Of a stretch of DNA of 11,210 bases, positions 8,001 through 11,210 are shown piece after piece (within the stretch, counting starts at the first letter, position 1; the number at the start of each line of letters is the position of its first letter). The notes under the pieces are model-generated. The model searched no databases. It was not told where the DNA came from and saw nothing but the letters and a program-made list of their open reading frames with translations. Position numbers and translations under genes: made by a program. The stretch is from positions 354 through 11,563 of the forward strand of contig JBHEMM010000056.1 of NCBI GenBank assembly GCA_046262595.1, in the 5' to 3' direction. This stretch comes from Vulcanimicrobiaceae bacterium. Its GTDB lineage: Bacteria; Vulcanimicrobiota; Vulcanimicrobiia; Vulcanimicrobiales; Vulcanimicrobiaceae.

Positions 8001-8891
8001 ATGACGCCGCTCGCGCGGCTTGCCGTTTCGCTCGCTCTGGTCGCGGGTGTGGCGCTCTTTGAAGTGTGGGGCGGTCTTCGCTCCGGCTCGCTCGCGCTGC
8101 TGAGCGATGCCGCCCATGTATGCATGGACGCGTTTGCGCTCGCCGTCGCACTGTTTGCAACGCTCGGCGCGCGCCGTCCGGCGAATGTGCGCAAAACGTT
8201 CGGGTACGGGCGCGTCGAGATCCTGGCTGCCCTTTTAAACGGCGCCGCGCTGCTTGCGATCACGGCCGTCATCGCGTTCGAGGCGGTGCACCGTTTTTTC
8301 TTGCCGCAGCACACGCACGGCTTGCTGATGAGCGAAGTGGCAGCGGTGGGTTTGCTGGTCAACGGCGCCATCGCGCTGATGCTGCACGGCGCGGGCAAAG
8401 AAAACTTGAACCTTCAGGCAGCGCTCTTTCACGTTGCGGGCGATGCGCTCGGTGCGTTTGCCGTTATCGCCGGCGGAATTGCCATCATCGCGACGGGCGC
8501 GACGTGGATCGATCCCGCGCTCTCGCTCTTTGTGGCGGCGATCATCGTCGTCGGCGTGTTTCGCGTGGTGCGCGATGCGGCGGACGTGCTGCTGGAGGCA
8601 GTTCCGCGCGGCATGCACGTGCGCGATGTGCGCGAAGCGATCGCCGCCTTGGACGGCACGCTGGCGGTGCACGACTTGCACGTGTGGACGATCGGAGGCG
8701 GCGCGCTCGCCCTGAGCGCGCATGTCCTGGTCGAAGACCGGCGCGTGAGCGAGGCCACCGCCATCGCGCGCGCTATCGACGCGACGGTGCGCGCGCGCTT
8801 CGGCATCACACACGTGACGCTGCAGTTCGAGTGCGAGAATTGTTCCGAAGATGAACGCGTCGTTTGCACGCAGAAGCGAGCGGAGCTATGA
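8001..8891 (+). CDS. czcD: Cation diffusion facilitator (CzcD/ZitB-like Zn/Co/Cd exporter), 296 aa
   Basis: SLALLSDAAHVCMD (HxxxD), TFGYGRVEILAALLN, FHVAGD (HxxxD), HDLHVW, HVTLQFE. Confidence 0.9.
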   Translation: MTPLARLAVSLALVAGVALFEVWGGLRSGSLALLSDAAHVCMDAFALAVALFATLGARRPANVRKTFGYGRVEILAALLNGAALLAITAVIAFEAVHRFFLPQHTHGLLMSEVAAVGLLVNGAIALMLHGAGKENLNLQAALFHVAGDALGAFAVIAGGIAIIATGATWIDPALSLFVAAIIVVGVFRVVRDAADVLLEAVPRGMHVRDVREAIAALDGTLAVHDLHVWTIGGGALALSAHVLVEDRRVSEATAIARAIDATVRARFGITHVTLQFECENCSEDERVVCTQKRAEL

Positions 8892-10240
8892 ATTCGAACA
8901 GTTCCAAAGCCGTCGTGCTGGCGACCGCCCGTACGCCGTTCGGCCGGCTTGGCGGCGGCCTGGCGTCCCTCGAAGCGACCACCTTAGGCGCAGCTGCGGC
9001 GCTCGGCGCGCTCGAACGCTCGGGCATCGACCCGGCGGAGGTCGAGCACGTCATCATGGGCCACGTGCTCCAAGCCGGCACGGGCCAGAACCCGGCGCGC
9101 CAAGTGGTGTTCAAAGCGGGCCTGGCAAAAACGGTGACGGCCGAAACGGTCAATAAAGTGTGCGCTTCGGGTTTGCTGGCGGTCGTGAATGCGGCGCGTT
9201 TGCTCAATGACGGCAGCAACGAAGTGGTGCTCGCGGGCGGCATGGAGTCGATGTCCAACGCGCCGTATCTTTTAAAGGACGCGCGCTCGGGTTACCGCTT
9301 CGGCGACGGACGTTTAATCGATGCGATGATCCACGACGGCCTGTGGGATTACTATTTTCCGATGACCATGGCGACGCAAGGTTCAAAGGTCGCAAACGAA
9401 CTGCGCATCACACGCGAAGAGCAAGATGTGTACGCGCTCGAATCGCACCGCCGCGCGACGCAATCGCAGCAAAACGGCGCGTTCGCTGCCGAAATGATTC
9501 CGCTTCGCGTTGCGACGAAAGCGAAAGGCAAGCTCGTGCTCGAGAAACTGCCCGAACCGGCGCGCGCGCGCGTGCCTGTTTCCGCGGGTTCATCGAACGG
9601 GAACGCCGACGATGTGTGGACGCACGAACCTTCTAAAGACTTCACGTTGGATTACGGCACATGGGCGCCCTTTGTGACGGGGGACGTTCCCTCAACGGGG
9701 GTTGCAGCGGACGAAGCGGTGCGTACGGACGCGAGTCTGGAAGCGATGGCCAGGCTCAAACCATTGGAAAAAGACGGGACCATTACCGCCGGTAACGCGC
9801 CCGGCGTGAACGACGGTGCCGCCGCACTGGTGATGGCAAGCGCACCATACGCACGATCACACGGATATAAACCGCTCGCGAGCATTTTGGATCACGCCAC
9901 GGTGGCGTGGGACTCGCCGTACATCGCGCTCACGCCCGCGATGGCGGCACGCAAGTTGCTCGAGAAGAATGGCTTGAGCAACGATCAGATTCACGTATGG
10001 GAAGTGAACGAAGCCTTTTCCGCCGTTGCGATCACCTCGGCTCGCCGGCTCGGGCTGGATCCCGCCAACGTCAACAAATTGGGCGGCGCAGTGGCGCTCG
10101 GCCATCCCATCGGCGCCTCCGGTGCGCGCATCATTGCAAGCGCGATCCATCAATTGCGCGCGCGGGGCGGCGGTCTGGCAATCGCCGCGATATGCAGCGG
10201 CGGCGGTCAAGGCGACGCCGTGCTCATTCGCGTTGACTAG
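8888..10240 (+). CDS. Acetyl-CoA C-acyltransferase (thiolase), 450 aa, with internal insertion
   Basis: ARTPFG, GQNPARQ, NKVCASG (nucleophile Cys), GGMESMS, TAGNAPGVNDGAAA, NEAF, GHPIGASG, CSGGG. ATGA overlap with the CDF gene and GGAG SD at 8882-8885. Confidence 0.95.
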   Translation: MNSNSSKAVVLATARTPFGRLGGGLASLEATTLGAAAALGALERSGIDPAEVEHVIMGHVLQAGTGQNPARQVVFKAGLAKTVTAETVNKVCASGLLAVVNAARLLNDGSNEVVLAGGMESMSNAPYLLKDARSGYRFGDGRLIDAMIHDGLWDYYFPMTMATQGSKVANELRITREEQDVYALESHRRATQSQQNGAFAAEMIPLRVATKAKGKLVLEKLPEPARARVPVSAGSSNGNADDVWTHEPSKDFTLDYGTWAPFVTGDVPSTGVAADEAVRTDASLEAMARLKPLEKDGTITAGNAPGVNDGAAALVMASAPYARSHGYKPLASILDHATVAWDSPYIALTPAMAARKLLEKNGLSNDQIHVWEVNEAFSAVAITSARRLGLDPANVNKLGGAVALGHPIGASGARIIASAIHQLRARGGGLAIAAICSGGGQGDAVLIRVD

Positions 10241-11210
10241 CTTCGAGGTCACGAACGAACAACGCGAAATTGGCGACTTAGCGGCGCAGATCGCACAGCG
10301 CGAGATCGCGCCGCATATCGCGCAATGGGACCGCGAGCACTTTTTTCCCCGCGAGCTGTACGGCAAGCTCAATTCTGCCGGCATCATGGGCTTACTCGTG
10401 CCTGAAGAGTACGGCGGTTCGGGAGCCGATTACGTTTCGTACGCGCGCGCCGTGGAAGAGCTGGCGCGCGTGGACGCCGGCACCGCCGTAACGCTTTCCG
10501 TGCATTCGATGATCTGCATGGCTATTCTCAAACTCGGCAGCGAAGATCAGAAGCGGCGCTATCTGCCCAAACTCGCGCATCGTGACCAGATTGCCGGTTT
10601 TGCGCTCACGGAACCCGATGCCGGATCGGACGCGGCGAACATCCGCGCAAGCGCGAAGCGCACGGCGGACGGCTACGAGCTCAACGGCCGCAAGCAGTGG
10701 TGCACCAACGGCAAATACAGCAGCGTCATCATGGCAATGTTCCGCACCGGCGGGGAAGGCGCGAAAGGCGTGAGCGCCTTTTTGGTAGACAACGACTGCG
10801 CCGGCATCAACGTCGAAAAAGTCACCGAAAAGCTGGGCATCCATACGAGCAACACGTGCGACATCGCGTTTGACGGCGTGCAGGTGTGCGAAGACGCGCG
10901 TCTGGGCGAGGAAGGAAGCGGCTTTAGCCACGCGCTCACCGCCTTGACCGGCGGACGCATCGGCATTGCGGCGCAAGCGTGCGGCATTCTGGCCGCGTGT
11001 TTGGACGAGTCGGTCAAGTTTGCGAAAGAGCGCATTGCCTTCGGCAGACCGATCGGCGCATACGAAGGCGTCTCGTTCAAAATCGCACAAATGGCCACGG
11101 ACCTGGATGCGGCGCGTCTGCTCACGTATCGCGCCGCGGCGCTCTACGATGCCGGCAAAGCCTTTGCCACTGAAGCGAGCAAAGCGAAATATTTCGCTTC
11201 GACGGCAGCG
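10233..11210 (+). CDS. Acyl-CoA dehydrogenase (short-chain/butyryl-CoA type), 3'-truncated by the window edge
   Basis: Not in the ORF track; translated by hand from TTG at 10233: MTSFEVTNEQREIGDLAAQIAQREIAP...VPEEYGGSG...GFALTEPDAGSD...LNGRKQWCTNG...EKLGIHTS...GRIGIAAQ...RIAFGRPIG...EASKAKYFAS. No stop before 11210. Confidence 0.94.
   Translation, partial: MTSFEVTNEQREIGDLAAQIAQREIAPHIAQWDREHFFPRELYGKLNSAGIMGLLVPEEYGGSGADYVSYARAVEELARVDAGTAVTLSVHSMICMAILKLGSEDQKRRYLPKLAHRDQIAGFALTEPDAGSDAANIRASAKRTADGYELNGRKQWCTNGKYSSVIMAMFRTGGEGAKGVSAFLVDNDCAGINVEKVTEKLGIHTSNTCDIAFDGVQVCEDARLGEEGSGFSHALTALTGGRIGIAAQACGILAACLDESVKFAKERIAFGRPIGAYEGVSFKIAQMATDLDAARLLTYRAAALYDAGKAFATEASKAKYFASTAA

Overview
GC-rich bacterial window, almost fully coding. 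The left end holds a lower-GC GT2 (polyprenol-phosphate glycosyltransferase-like) gene preceded by a 9-bp tandem repeat that forms a terminator-like hairpin. A hairpin-rich 245-bp spacer follows, then a minus-strand exported PQQ-like beta-propeller whose Met/Met/Met/Asp pattern resembles tetrathionate hydrolase (TetH). Divergent from it, across only 56 bp, a tightly coupled run of at least 9 genes begins: B12/PLP lysine 5,6-aminomutase kamD-kamE, a PilZ-domain protein, gmd, an rmd-like reductase, an ICMT-family membrane methyltransferase, a CzcD-like CDF metal exporter, a thiolase with a ~50-aa insertion, and an acyl-CoA dehydrogenase that runs off the window and is missing from the ORF track. 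No mobile element, CRISPR, rRNA or tRNA was seen. All family assignments come from motif recognition and recalled reference sequences, not database searches.
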